A stretch of 64,000 nucleotides of DNA from a virus (taxonomy: Duplodnaviria; Caudoviricetes), in the IMG/VR virus record IMGVR_UViG_3300031857_023573, positions 1 to 64,000 of that record; one strand, given 5' to 3'. The position numbers and the translations under genes were made by a program. A model generated the notes under the pieces. It saw only the letters and a list, made by a program, of their open reading frames with translations. It did not search any database and was not told where the DNA came from. This document shows positions 1 to 8,850 of this stretch, in pieces. Every line of letters starts with the position of its first letter. Positions within the stretch are counted from its first letter, which is position 1.

Positions 1-221
1 TGCTCACTGTGAATGAGCTTGAAGTAGCCTAATCTTAGGATACATTCTAAAAATTCACACTGAATCACAACAGTATAAATAGTGATAGTTTTTTGTTAGA
101 GTGTTTTTGAGTCGAAACAACTAAATATTTTGTAAGTTAAAGAAAGAACTTTCTAAGCTTGTGAACGATTAAGCATTTCTAACTGAGGAAGACCCCGTAG
201 CGAAAACGGGCATCTCCACCA
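1..221 (+). ncRNA. ssrA: tmRNA, 3' part (5' end lies upstream of the window)
   Basis: Ends GAC(191-193)-CCCGT/AGCGAAA/ACGGG T-arm(194-210)-CATCTCC-A-CCA(221). CATCTCC would pair with a GGGGATG 5' end giving G3:U70. Upstream CTAAGCTTGTGAA resembles the conserved TAAGCATGTAG element. Putative tag frame ..LTVNELEVA-TAA-TCT-TAG at 3-38. A terminator follows. Confidence 0.8.
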
Positions 222-254
222 ATTAACCACTCTAAAGATAGAATCTTTAGACCG

Positions 255-285
255 ACACCAACCATAAGGTTGGTGTTTCTTTTTT
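255..285 (+). terminator. Rho-independent terminator after tmRNA
   Basis: ACACCAACC-ATAA-GGTTGGTGT then TTCTTTTTT. Confidence 0.85.
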
Positions 286-1027
286 AATATATCTTAATTA
301 TTTTATCTGACTTGTTGTATATTGAATTTACTAATACAGTTAACCACTTTTCTTTATCTTTTCGATACAAATCGTCACTTATTCGGACTATTCTCCAGTC
401 GTTACCTATTACCCATTCTTCTAATAATCTATCTTTGGCTTGTTTTTCTTCTAATTGTCCGTATATGTCTTTGAAGTGCCAAATTCCGTCGTATTCTACT
501 ATCACTTTAAGATCATTTGAATAAATATCTCTTGTCAAAATTGTCTCTTTATATTTAAATCCACCTCCTGATGTCCATTTATGTATTTTATAATTTTCTT
601 TCAGATAATTTTTAATTTCTTCTTCGCCTTTTGATGTGAACCTTTTGTTTCTATTGGTATTGTTTCTTATTATTTTATTTGCATATTCTTCATTTTTCCA
701 CAGATTTTTACTAGAATCAGATATTTTCTTTTTTGTCTCAATTGAAGATCTTGATTTAGAACAAGAGTCAGAGCAAAAAAATCTATTTTTTCTTTTTCTA
801 AATTTACTACTGACTTCGTTTATTTTAAATTCCTTACCACACGTATTGCACGAAACATCGTGTTCTACAACTAATCTGTTTTTCTCATAATATTTCTTTT
901 TTGCCTCTGATATTTTATTACCTCCTTTATCTCCATTTGTGGTGTTTTTATCACACCATCTTACATGATTCGCATATATAGAGTGTATACCTTCTATTTC
1001 TTTGTTACAATATTTACAAACTTTCAT
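284..1027 (-). CDS. Zn-finger plus DUF559/Vsr-like PD-(D/E)xK endonuclease (free-standing homing endonuclease-like)
   Basis: CxxC motifs (CKYC, CNTC, FFCSDSC), basic linker, C-terminal RDIY..IVEYDGIWH..QAKDRLL..GWRIVRI-like motif. Confidence 0.7.
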   Translation of the reverse strand: MKVCKYCNKEIEGIHSIYANHVRWCDKNTTNGDKGGNKISEAKKKYYEKNRLVVEHDVSCNTCGKEFKINEVSSKFRKRKNRFFCSDSCSKSRSSIETKKKISDSSKNLWKNEEYANKIIRNNTNRNKRFTSKGEEEIKNYLKENYKIHKWTSGGGFKYKETILTRDIYSNDLKVIVEYDGIWHFKDIYGQLEEKQAKDRLLEEWVIGNDWRIVRISDDLYRKDKEKWLTVLVNSIYNKSDKIIKIY

Positions 1028-1072
1028 ATATTTTATTAATATTTAATTATATATATTAATAAAATTTTCCCT

Positions 1073-1243
1073 ATGAATAAAAAATATCAATCTAAAATTG
1101 ATTACAGTAAGAAATACAATTCCTCTCTATCAACTTTTCAAATATCAAAAGAATTGCATAAGAGAGTTAAGGAGTATTGTCAAGTAAATGGTCTGAAGGT
1201 TAGAGATTTCTTGGAGTCTATTCTGGAATCATCAATTAGTTAG
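1073..1243 (+). CDS. Small ribbon-helix-helix-like DNA-binding protein (56 aa, not in ORF track)
   Basis: Hand translation MNKKYQSKIDYSKKYNSSLSTFQISKELHKRVKEYCQVNGLKVRDFLESILESSIS; TFQISKELHKRVKEYC...VRDFLE pattern typical of RHH. Confidence 0.6.
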   Translation: MNKKYQSKIDYSKKYNSSLSTFQISKELHKRVKEYCQVNGLKVRDFLESILESSIS

Positions 1244-1293
1244 TCAATAGGAGATTCATATAAAACATATAACATATTTTAAATATAATTTAT

Positions 1294-1794
1294 ATGATAG
1301 AATCATTTACTGGTAGATGGAGATTTCTTTCTAATTTTCACCCTTGTACTATCGAGTTTCAAGGAATTAAATACCCATCTGTTGAACATTACTACGTCGC
1401 AATGAAAATTAAAACTGACCAGCAAATTGAAGGTCGTAATATAACCTTAATTGATTGTAGAGAGATGATTTCAAGAATGAAAGATACTGCTAAAGTAAAA
1501 CAACTTGGTAAAATTTTAAAACTCAGAAAAGATTGGGAATTGATAAAACTAGACACAATGCTTTTTGGTGTTAGAGAAAAATTTAAAGATGAAGATCTAA
1601 GGCAAATGTTACTAGATACTGGAGATCAAGAACTTGTTGAGGGTAATAATTGGGGAGATAAATTTTGGGGAGTTAGTGCCGGAGAAGGACAGAATAATCT
1701 TGGTAAGATATTAATGAAGGTGAGAAAGGAAATAAGAGATGAAAATATAAAGCCTTCACTTGAGGACTTTCTTTTTTCTAAAGGAAAGTCGTAA
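1294..1794 (+). CDS. NADAR/YbiA-family protein
   Basis: FLSNFHP..YPSVEHYY, KF...LL.TG..ELVEGNNWGDKFWG, GQNNLGKILMKVR signatures. Confidence 0.9.
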   Translation: MIESFTGRWRFLSNFHPCTIEFQGIKYPSVEHYYVAMKIKTDQQIEGRNITLIDCREMISRMKDTAKVKQLGKILKLRKDWELIKLDTMLFGVREKFKDEDLRQMLLDTGDQELVEGNNWGDKFWGVSAGEGQNNLGKILMKVRKEIRDENIKPSLEDFLFSKGKS

Positions 1795-2106
1795 TTATCT
1801 AAATTTAGAAGGATAGATATGTCTCCATTCGTGACCTTGTGGTATATCTTTTGCTCTGATACCAAAAATCTTTTTTTCAGGACAAGTGTCCTCACCATCT
1901 ATATAAAAATTGTTGTTACAAGCCCAAACTTCGATATTTCTACTTAATAACTGACCTTTTTCGAATGGGAATCTGATTCCGCTATCATTCTTTATTGAAA
2001 CTATTCTACCTCCTAGTGTTTCAACTTCTATTATGAGGCTAGGATTTCTCTTTCCAGTGAATGTAGTCTTTTTAGAGTAAGACTCAAATGTTTTTAGATG
2101 ATTCAT
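1795..2106 (-). CDS. Hypothetical protein with N-terminal tag (MNHLKTFESY)
   Basis: ORF; TAATATATA 4 nt upstream. Confidence 0.75.
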   Translation of the reverse strand: MNHLKTFESYSKKTTFTGKRNPSLIIEVETLGGRIVSIKNDSGIRFPFEKGQLLSRNIEVWACNNNFYIDGEDTCPEKKIFGIRAKDIPQGHEWRHIYPSKFR

Positions 2107-2110
2107 AAAG

Positions 2111-2119
2111 TATATATTA
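2111..2119 (-). promoter_or_regulatory. TAATATATA motif (candidate late promoter), representative copy
   Basis: Same 9-mer shortly upstream of about 20 starts in the window (listed in findings). Confidence 0.6.
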
Positions 2120-2140
2120 TTTAATTAAACTATAACACAG

Positions 2141-2167
2141 AAACTTTTACTAGGCTTTTGATATAAT
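2141..2167 (+). promoter_or_regulatory. AAACTT-N15-TATAAT candidate early/middle promoter, representative copy
   Basis: Bipartite motif with 15-16 nt spacer recurs upstream of about 13 non-structural genes. Confidence 0.55.
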
Positions 2168-2187
2168 TATAAATAAATCTATTTAAA

Positions 2188-3132
2188 ATGTCGATATTGA
2201 GTTACTTTGGAGGCAAGAGTTCCTCTACTTTTATGGAACTTATAAATTCCAAAATACCAAAAACTGGTATTAAAACTTATGTAGAGCCGTTTAGTGGAAG
2301 TTTCGCCACTTTTCTAGATGATGACTCACTAAATTTTGAAACAGTCATTTATAACGATAAGAATCGACATCAAGTCAATTTGATGAAGTGTTGTTCAAAT
2401 CCGGTAGAATTTATTCCGTATTTAGAAGAACTTAAATCAACACTTTTACATACTACTGAAGCAGAACCATTGAAAAAATGGGATTTTTATAAAAAAATTT
2501 ATAAACAGTATCAAAAAAATGATTTTTTAGATGATATGAATTTTGTAATCGGTGATTTTAAAAAGGCCGCTATTTATGCATTTTTGATCACATCATCTCA
2601 CAACTCTGTTTATCCAAGGGGCGGTGGTTTTAATGGATATAAAAAAGACAAGGATCGTCTTAAACTACAGGGTTTAATTGACAAATTGAATAAAAATAAA
2701 TATACACAAAAACTTCAATCGATTACTGAGTTTCTGAATATAGACTTTGAAGAATTGATCCTGAAATATGATTTAGAAGAAACATATCTCTATTTGGATC
2801 CACCGTACGCGAGATTTGATAGTGATAAAGGCGAAGATGATGCTAAAAGATTATTCTGGTATGGATCAGACGCAGATGGGGTATTCGGTCCGGCTTCTCA
2901 CAGAAGACTTCTTGAATTGATTAAATCATCAAAAAGTCGATGGTCACTTTCTTACTATTATTTTCCACTTCTTGAAGAACTTTTGCCGAAAGATAAATAT
3001 ATCTGGACTGAAAAGGAAGTTTTTAGAAGTTCTGCTCATGGTGGTAATAATTCTAGTAATAAAAAAGAACAATCAAAGGGTGTGGAATTGTTAATTCTAA
3101 ATTATGATCCTAAAACTGGAGAAAAACTATGA
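2188..3132 (+). CDS. D12-class N6-adenine DNA methyltransferase (Dam-like)
   Basis: SYFGGKS, YVEPFSGS (motif I), YNDKN, YLDPPY (motif IV), KGVELLILNY. Confidence 0.9.
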   Translation: MSILSYFGGKSSSTFMELINSKIPKTGIKTYVEPFSGSFATFLDDDSLNFETVIYNDKNRHQVNLMKCCSNPVEFIPYLEELKSTLLHTTEAEPLKKWDFYKKIYKQYQKNDFLDDMNFVIGDFKKAAIYAFLITSSHNSVYPRGGGFNGYKKDKDRLKLQGLIDKLNKNKYTQKLQSITEFLNIDFEELILKYDLEETYLYLDPPYARFDSDKGEDDAKRLFWYGSDADGVFGPASHRRLLELIKSSKSRWSLSYYYFPLLEELLPKDKYIWTEKEVFRSSAHGGNNSSNKKEQSKGVELLILNYDPKTGEKL

Positions 3133-3740
3133 AAGAAAGAAAAAGAGGTCGATTAGGACCTGTGTATACAACACACGAAGAAGATAAAGCTCTCGTCAAA
3201 GAAGCTGTAGATGGTAAACAATCTGCCTATAATACACTTGTTCAGAAGTATAAACCTATTCTTTTCATTGCAGCAAAGAGAAGGCTTTCATATTACTCAG
3301 ATGATGATTTAGAAGACATTGTCATGTCGGTTTTGGGTAATTCCTTTGTTAAAATTAAACAATATGATCCTACAAGAGCAAAGTTTTTCTGGTGGATCTT
3401 AGCTTGTCTACACAATCATATTAGTAGTCTTTATAGAAGAGATAAGTTAGTTAACAAGGAAAAGACTGTAAATTTGAAAGATGCTGGTAATTTTGCAGTT
3501 AATAATGAATTTGACTTTACAGAAGATTATGATAAAGAACAAGTTTCAAAACTCGTAAGATTATTAATAGATAAATTACCAGAAGATCACTCAAAAGCTA
3601 TTACACTTAGATATTTTAAAAACTATACAAACGAACAAATAGCTGAAGAATTAGGATGTAAGCCAAATGATGTTTGGTATAAATTAAAAAAAGCTAAAGA
3701 AACACTTAAAAAGCTTTCTAAAAATGGAAAATTATTTTAA
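3129..3740 (+). CDS. ECF-type sigma-70 family RNA polymerase sigma factor
   Basis: Region 2 (AYNTLVQKYK..DLEDIV..FVKIKQYD..KFFWWI) and region 4 HTH (LPEDHSKAITLRYFKNYTNEQIAEELG..VWYKL). Confidence 0.9.
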   Translation: MKERKRGRLGPVYTTHEEDKALVKEAVDGKQSAYNTLVQKYKPILFIAAKRRLSYYSDDDLEDIVMSVLGNSFVKIKQYDPTRAKFFWWILACLHNHISSLYRRDKLVNKEKTVNLKDAGNFAVNNEFDFTEDYDKEQVSKLVRLLIDKLPEDHSKAITLRYFKNYTNEQIAEELGCKPNDVWYKLKKAKETLKKLSKNGKLF

Positions 3741-4443
3741 AAATTTAAAAATTTCCGATTTTAGTTTATTTAAACATTTTACAAATCACAGATTACCACT
3801 TAATAACTATCAGACTGGAAAGATACACATAAGTTTATCTAGAGACATAATTCAATCTGAAGAAATAATTTTAGACAGTTTTTTTGAAAATACTATTCAA
3901 AAAATTGAATATCATATTTTAGAAGTACTTTTTTCCAAGTTCAAATCTTCTCTAAGAGAGGATTTTGTTGATACGAGATTTGATAAAGAATTGAGTTTTC
4001 ATTTTGAAAGATTCAATTTGAAAAATGTTATTTTAAGCCATAGTCACTTTTTGAAGTTCACAGATTTTTTACTTAACTTAAATCTACCAATAACAATAAC
4101 TAATAATTATCAAGCACCAACATCATCTATTTTTAGTGATTTAGGTAAGTTTCACGGAGTTGGAATATACTATATAAAACCTAATTTAGATAAAAATATA
4201 CAAGTCGGAGATTCTGAGTTTTACAGTTTTGATGAAATATATTTTGACATTTGTGATTTTAATTACTATATTAGTGAAGATTATGTTTCAGATTTAGTTA
4301 ATTTACAAGTTGGTTTCAAATACTATTTATCTTTGATAAATCCGTGTAAATTTCACTTGATTGAAAATGAAAAATCACCAAATTATATAAAATTCACAAG
4401 AGAACTAAGAGATAATAAAATTTCTAAAATACTATATGATTAA
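3724..4443 (+). CDS. Hypothetical protein, C-terminal RDNKISKIL tag
   Basis: ORF coupled to the sigma gene. Confidence 0.7.
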   Translation: MENYFKNLKISDFSLFKHFTNHRLPLNNYQTGKIHISLSRDIIQSEEIILDSFFENTIQKIEYHILEVLFSKFKSSLREDFVDTRFDKELSFHFERFNLKNVILSHSHFLKFTDFLLNLNLPITITNNYQAPTSSIFSDLGKFHGVGIYYIKPNLDKNIQVGDSEFYSFDEIYFDICDFNYYISEDYVSDLVNLQVGFKYYLSLINPCKFHLIENEKSPNYIKFTRELRDNKISKILYD

Positions 4444-4828
4444 AGATTTAAATAGAATTTCAAAATTAGGTTATGAGTGTGAGATTCACTGGAATACACA
4501 CATTCAAATTTATTTCGATTTTTCAAAATTTTCTGATAAATTCTTATTTGACGAGACACTATCTGTTTTGACTTGCATGTATGATGAACAATTTTCAAAT
4601 CATAATTTTGAAAAATATGTAGAAGAGTGTTCACATATTTTCTATACTTGGTATAGTCAAAATCATGAACTTGTTCAATCGTATATTGACCAGTCCGAAT
4701 CTTCTTCTAATTATTCGAAATCTGACAAATACTCCTCTAATCGAGAAAAATTGGAAAAACTGTGCCTGGGTGATGTCACAAAAGAGGTGATTAGACAAAT
4801 ACAAATTGATGATGTTATTGACTACTGA
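4436..4828 (+). CDS. Hypothetical protein, C-terminal RQIQIDDVI tag variant
   Basis: ORF overlapping the previous stop. Confidence 0.7.
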   Translation: MIKDLNRISKLGYECEIHWNTHIQIYFDFSKFSDKFLFDETLSVLTCMYDEQFSNHNFEKYVEECSHIFYTWYSQNHELVQSYIDQSESSSNYSKSDKYSSNREKLEKLCLGDVTKEVIRQIQIDDVIDY

Positions 4829-5235
4829 CGAGCTTCTTTGAGAGCCTCAGAGATTATCATATCAATATCAAAATCAATAGAATCACTTTTCATATCAGAT
4901 TCTAATTCCATAATTGCAATTTTCAAAGTCTCAACAAACTTTCCATAAGATACTGAATCTTTAATAGATGATATAACATCACTGTTAGCAACTGATTCTC
5001 TTAGTGATGCAATTTTATCTTTTAAAAGATCTGGATTGTTATCAAAATCTAATTTATGAGTTACTTTATTATACTTAATTCTTGGATTACTAATTAATTG
5101 TTGACGTTCAGAATTTGGTTTATTTTGTCTCTTGAGCTTTTCAAGTTCTTCCTTTTCAGCGTCTTTATTAAAGTCTTTGAAATTAACAACTTTTCTATTT
5201 ATATTAAATGTTGGTTGATTATCTTTATAAGTCAT
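4822..5235 (-). CDS. Hypothetical protein
   Basis: ORF; TAATATATA at 5256-5264. Confidence 0.7.
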   Translation of the reverse strand: MTYKDNQPTFNINRKVVNFKDFNKDAEKEELEKLKRQNKPNSERQQLISNPRIKYNKVTHKLDFDNNPDLLKDKIASLRESVANSDVISSIKDSVSYGKFVETLKIAIMELESDMKSDSIDFDIDMIISEALKEARQ

Positions 5236-5261
5236 AATAAGATATTAAATTTTAGTATATA

Positions 5262-5963
5262 TTATTTTTTACTGATAGTATTTATTATAGTATTTGTTAC
5301 AGATCCTGGTATTTCCGTTTTTTCAATTTTAAAATCACTTAAATCTATACCACTTATCAAATTTCTAAATTTTCTATCTGTATATGACCATCCGTTAGAC
5401 TTTATTACAATTTTATCATCTTCTAGTCTTATAGTAGTATCATTTGCAAAATCACTTTTACTCGCATAATTTCTTCTTTTAATTTCTTTGAATACCTGAG
5501 TGATTTTAGTAACTGATTGATCTACTTCGGTATCTAATAATATAAAAAGATAGATAGCAGGCCTATATGAAACTGAACCAGTGTTTATATGTAAAAAACA
5601 ATTATCATATCTTTGTGATATTTGTCCTAGTTCTCTAAAAATTGTAAATATTTTCTTGTCACTAATTAAACTTCTTTTTCCAAACCCAGTTGGTAATTCT
5701 AAATTTCCTTCAAGTTGTTGTATTGGAACTTCGATACAAAAACAATATTTATCATCATTGTATATTGGTTTGTTGTGTATGATACTAAAAACTTTGTCAC
5801 CGGGTTGTGCCCTATCGATTGCTTGCTTACTAAAATATCCTTTGTGTATTTCAAAATTTATTAACTCATCTCTTAGGTCAAGTAAAATATCATTAAGTTC
5901 ACTCTCATCATCTTCATGAGACTCACGTATCAACTCTATGAATTTTAAAATTTTGTTTTTCAT
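5262..5963 (-). CDS. Hypothetical protein with N-terminal tag variant (MKNKILKFIELIRES)
   Basis: ORF in minus-strand operon. Confidence 0.7.
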   Translation of the reverse strand: MKNKILKFIELIRESHEDDESELNDILLDLRDELINFEIHKGYFSKQAIDRAQPGDKVFSIIHNKPIYNDDKYCFCIEVPIQQLEGNLELPTGFGKRSLISDKKIFTIFRELGQISQRYDNCFLHINTGSVSYRPAIYLFILLDTEVDQSVTKITQVFKEIKRRNYASKSDFANDTTIRLEDDKIVIKSNGWSYTDRKFRNLISGIDLSDFKIEKTEIPGSVTNTIINTISKK

Positions 5964-6649
5964 TTTAGCTTTTTATCTAGTATTCTAGCAATATTTGATC
6001 CTATTGTGAAGTGTATGTTTCTTAACGTATCAGATTCTACTGTCTCAATGTCATCCATAAATTTGAACTGGTATCTATATGAATCATTTTTTTCATCATC
6101 ACTTGCTCTGTCAATTTTGTAAATTGAAACATCGAATTTATAATTGTTATTCACATCCACTTCAAAATCAAATGTTGTTTTATCACAAGGAGTAGTTTTG
6201 AACTTTGGTTCATACTTTACATCGAAAATAGAATAGTCTGTAATTTTTGCTCTCCTCATATAATAATTTAAGAACATAGCAGGGGCTTCAATAAAGTCGG
6301 AAAGAATCTGAATGTCTTCTCCAAAGTCATTAGACTCAATTATGTCTTCAATCTTGTTTTTCATATCAACTATATTGTTAAAATCTACTTTTCTATAATT
6401 ACAGTTAATATCATAGAGATAGATAAAAGAGTTATCAAGTAATTTTCTCTTTTCCAAATCTGTTTTAAATATGAATTTTGTATGTATAATTAAAGTATCT
6501 TCAATTGAAAGTCCGTGGATTGAAATTACAAGTTTATAGAATTCACCACCGGGTGATTTTTCCCAAGTTGTTTCAACAGATTGTACGAGACCATTTTCTT
6601 CACTAAAAATATCTTTAAATGTTTGTTCTATTTCAGCAATTCTTATCAT
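5960..6649 (-). CDS. Hypothetical protein
   Basis: ORF in minus-strand operon. Confidence 0.7.
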   Translation of the reverse strand: MIRIAEIEQTFKDIFSEENGLVQSVETTWEKSPGGEFYKLVISIHGLSIEDTLIIHTKFIFKTDLEKRKLLDNSFIYLYDINCNYRKVDFNNIVDMKNKIEDIIESNDFGEDIQILSDFIEAPAMFLNYYMRRAKITDYSIFDVKYEPKFKTTPCDKTTFDFEVDVNNNYKFDVSIYKIDRASDDEKNDSYRYQFKFMDDIETVESDTLRNIHFTIGSNIARILDKKLK

Positions 6650-6650
6650 T

Positions 6651-7415
6651 TTATTTGTTAAATTGATTGTCGTAAGACGTTTTTTTCATCTCCATAACTT
6701 TTTCTACGTATCCATTTCTTCTTAATAGTTTAAAAATTAAGTTACCAGTTGATAGTTCACCACCTTCCTCAAGACCCGATTGTCTTGATTTTTTTATTTT
6801 TTTCCAAATTGAGTCTAATTTTTTTTCAATCACTGGATATTCATCCTCTTCAATTTTAGATTTGATCTCGTCAACTACATCCATAATTGCGCCAGCTTTT
6901 TTGATAATCGTTTTCTCATCTGGGACAAATTCTGATTTTTCTGGTTTTTTCAACCATTTATTTTTCATTACTGAGAAAGCACCACCCATTCTGTTTGTTT
7001 TAATACTTTCTTTGAAATCTTTTTCATCTTGAATGGCAACTTCTACTTCGAATCCTTTTAAGAAAATGTCGTGGTCTAGATTCCACTTTTTCTTCGCATA
7101 GTCACAAAATTTCTCAACTAATTCTAAATTCTCATCAATATCTTTGTAATTGACAATAATATGTAAGTCGTAATCAGAGTATTTATTACTCCAGTTATAG
7201 TTACAAAGTGATCCACAAAAAACAATATCCTTAACTTCACAATCTACCTCTACTGAATCAAAGAAATCTTTACCAATTTGTAGAAGATTCTCTCTAACTT
7301 CTTTGTCTAGATTTAAATCATCCCACAATTTAGGACATAGGTTATCTTTAAGATAAAATGATTTAATTGGTTCTAGATCTTTCTTATTGAATTCAAAGAA
7401 CTTTTGCAGGATCAT
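6651..7415 (-). CDS. Pol-beta-superfamily nucleotidyltransferase-like protein with N-terminal tag
   Basis: GSLCNYNWSNKYSDYDLHII (GS..DxD) plus later acidic VEVAIQD; ends NLIFKLLRRNGY. Confidence 0.7.
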   Translation of the reverse strand: MILQKFFEFNKKDLEPIKSFYLKDNLCPKLWDDLNLDKEVRENLLQIGKDFFDSVEVDCEVKDIVFCGSLCNYNWSNKYSDYDLHIIVNYKDIDENLELVEKFCDYAKKKWNLDHDIFLKGFEVEVAIQDEKDFKESIKTNRMGGAFSVMKNKWLKKPEKSEFVPDEKTIIKKAGAIMDVVDEIKSKIEEDEYPVIEKKLDSIWKKIKKSRQSGLEEGGELSTGNLIFKLLRRNGYVEKVMEMKKTSYDNQFNK

Positions 7416-7492
7416 TAATGCAGTCTATTTTTTTATATATATTAAAATCTCTAGATTATTTTGAAAAGATTAGTAAAAACAAAAGCTAAAAA

Positions 7493-8803
7493 GTGAATTA
7501 TAATAAAGAAATGAGTAGATTGGTTAACTTAAATAGTGTTGATGATAAAATTTTAGACGAGATATTCAAAGATGATATTATCATTTATGAAGATGTTCAA
7601 GGTTCTAAAATTTGGGTTAACTCAGACTCTTCTGGGTTTACAATAAAACCGAAGTCTATTTCAAACGAACCTATCAACATGGTTGATCTTGCTATGCAAA
7701 ATTATTATAATTCTGCGGTAAGATATTTTAATACATTTGATAGCAGAATAAAGGGTCTAATGCCTAAAAATTGGTGGTTTTGTTTTGAGTATTTTCCAGA
7801 TAATCAGCCTGCAAATATTGAGTATAATAGACTTCCAAAAAATTCACTAGTACTCGCTTCTATTTGCAAAGGGGGTAAATATGAATATTCAATTGATGAA
7901 CTAAGAGAATACTCAAGATTGTTTGGTGTAGATTGCCTTCCTGTAATATTTGAGGGTAAATTAAGTGACACGATGAAAGAGGCAATTAAATACTTTCTGA
8001 ATACTTCTGAGAAGGATTTAGAGTATGTATTTGGTGAGAAATCTTTTGCATTCTTCTTCTACAAAATATTAAATCCTCAAGTTGAGGGGTCTTTTTTGAT
8101 GGATAGTGACTTTCAAAAAAACTTACAGAAAATAGTTATACAAACGTCTAGTAGTAAGTCAAATTTTGAAATTTTGAATCCACTCTATCAGAGAATCTCA
8201 AATGAGAACTCTACTGAGTTTGTGGAGGTATATACACTAATATTAGTTAGTTTTCTTAATTTCTGCCAAGGTGTAAATATTGATGATTTAAAAATCAAAG
8301 GTCAAAAAAGAGATGAGGCTTACATATATCTAATTTGTAAATTGTTTAATATGTATGTTGATGAGGTAAAAGACGATCTTCTTAATTTTGACTTCACTAT
8401 ACCTCAGTTTTTTGATAAAGAAAAGTTCAAAATAAATAAAGAACTAATATCAAATAAGTTAACCAAAGAAATTATAACCGAATCTGATAAGTTAGAATAT
8501 ATTTTTAAAGTACTTCTTGGATCACTTTCCAAAAAAAGAAAGAAACCTATTGGTGTATTTACAGACAGAACTTTAATTTTATTTAACTCTTTTATTGAAA
8601 AAATTGATAGAATACTTGACTTATACTTAAATAAGTTAAGAGAAATCGATATTACCAGAGGTGGACTTTTAGACTTTGGAGACTTCTTCGATTTAAAATT
8701 TGACAGAGATGGTTCTGGTCAGGTTTACCCAGATGTCTATGATACATTTGAAAAAGAACCAACAAGTGTAGAAAAGAAAAAAGGTAAATTTTATCCAAAG
8801 TAA
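7493..8803 (+). CDS. RNA-ligase-fold-like protein lacking the motif-I lysine
   Basis: IIIYEDVQGSKIWV aligns with ligase motif I (EKxxG) but has D for K; WFCFEYF resembles motif III; LPVIFEGKL. Confidence 0.45.
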   Translation: MNYNKEMSRLVNLNSVDDKILDEIFKDDIIIYEDVQGSKIWVNSDSSGFTIKPKSISNEPINMVDLAMQNYYNSAVRYFNTFDSRIKGLMPKNWWFCFEYFPDNQPANIEYNRLPKNSLVLASICKGGKYEYSIDELREYSRLFGVDCLPVIFEGKLSDTMKEAIKYFLNTSEKDLEYVFGEKSFAFFFYKILNPQVEGSFLMDSDFQKNLQKIVIQTSSSKSNFEILNPLYQRISNENSTEFVEVYTLILVSFLNFCQGVNIDDLKIKGQKRDEAYIYLICKLFNMYVDEVKDDLLNFDFTIPQFFDKEKFKINKELISNKLTKEIITESDKLEYIFKVLLGSLSKKRKKPIGVFTDRTLILFNSFIEKIDRILDLYLNKLREIDITRGGLLDFGDFFDLKFDRDGSGQVYPDVYDTFEKEPTSVEKKKGKFYPK

Positions 8804-8850
8804 ATTTTAAAAAAGATTAATCTATTTTATCATGTCAGAGTATAATTGAT

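Noticed and set aside
191-221. Stand-alone tRNA-Ala
   Set aside because: No D-arm or anticodon arm or matching 5' acceptor strand within 80 nt upstream; the context fits tmRNA instead.
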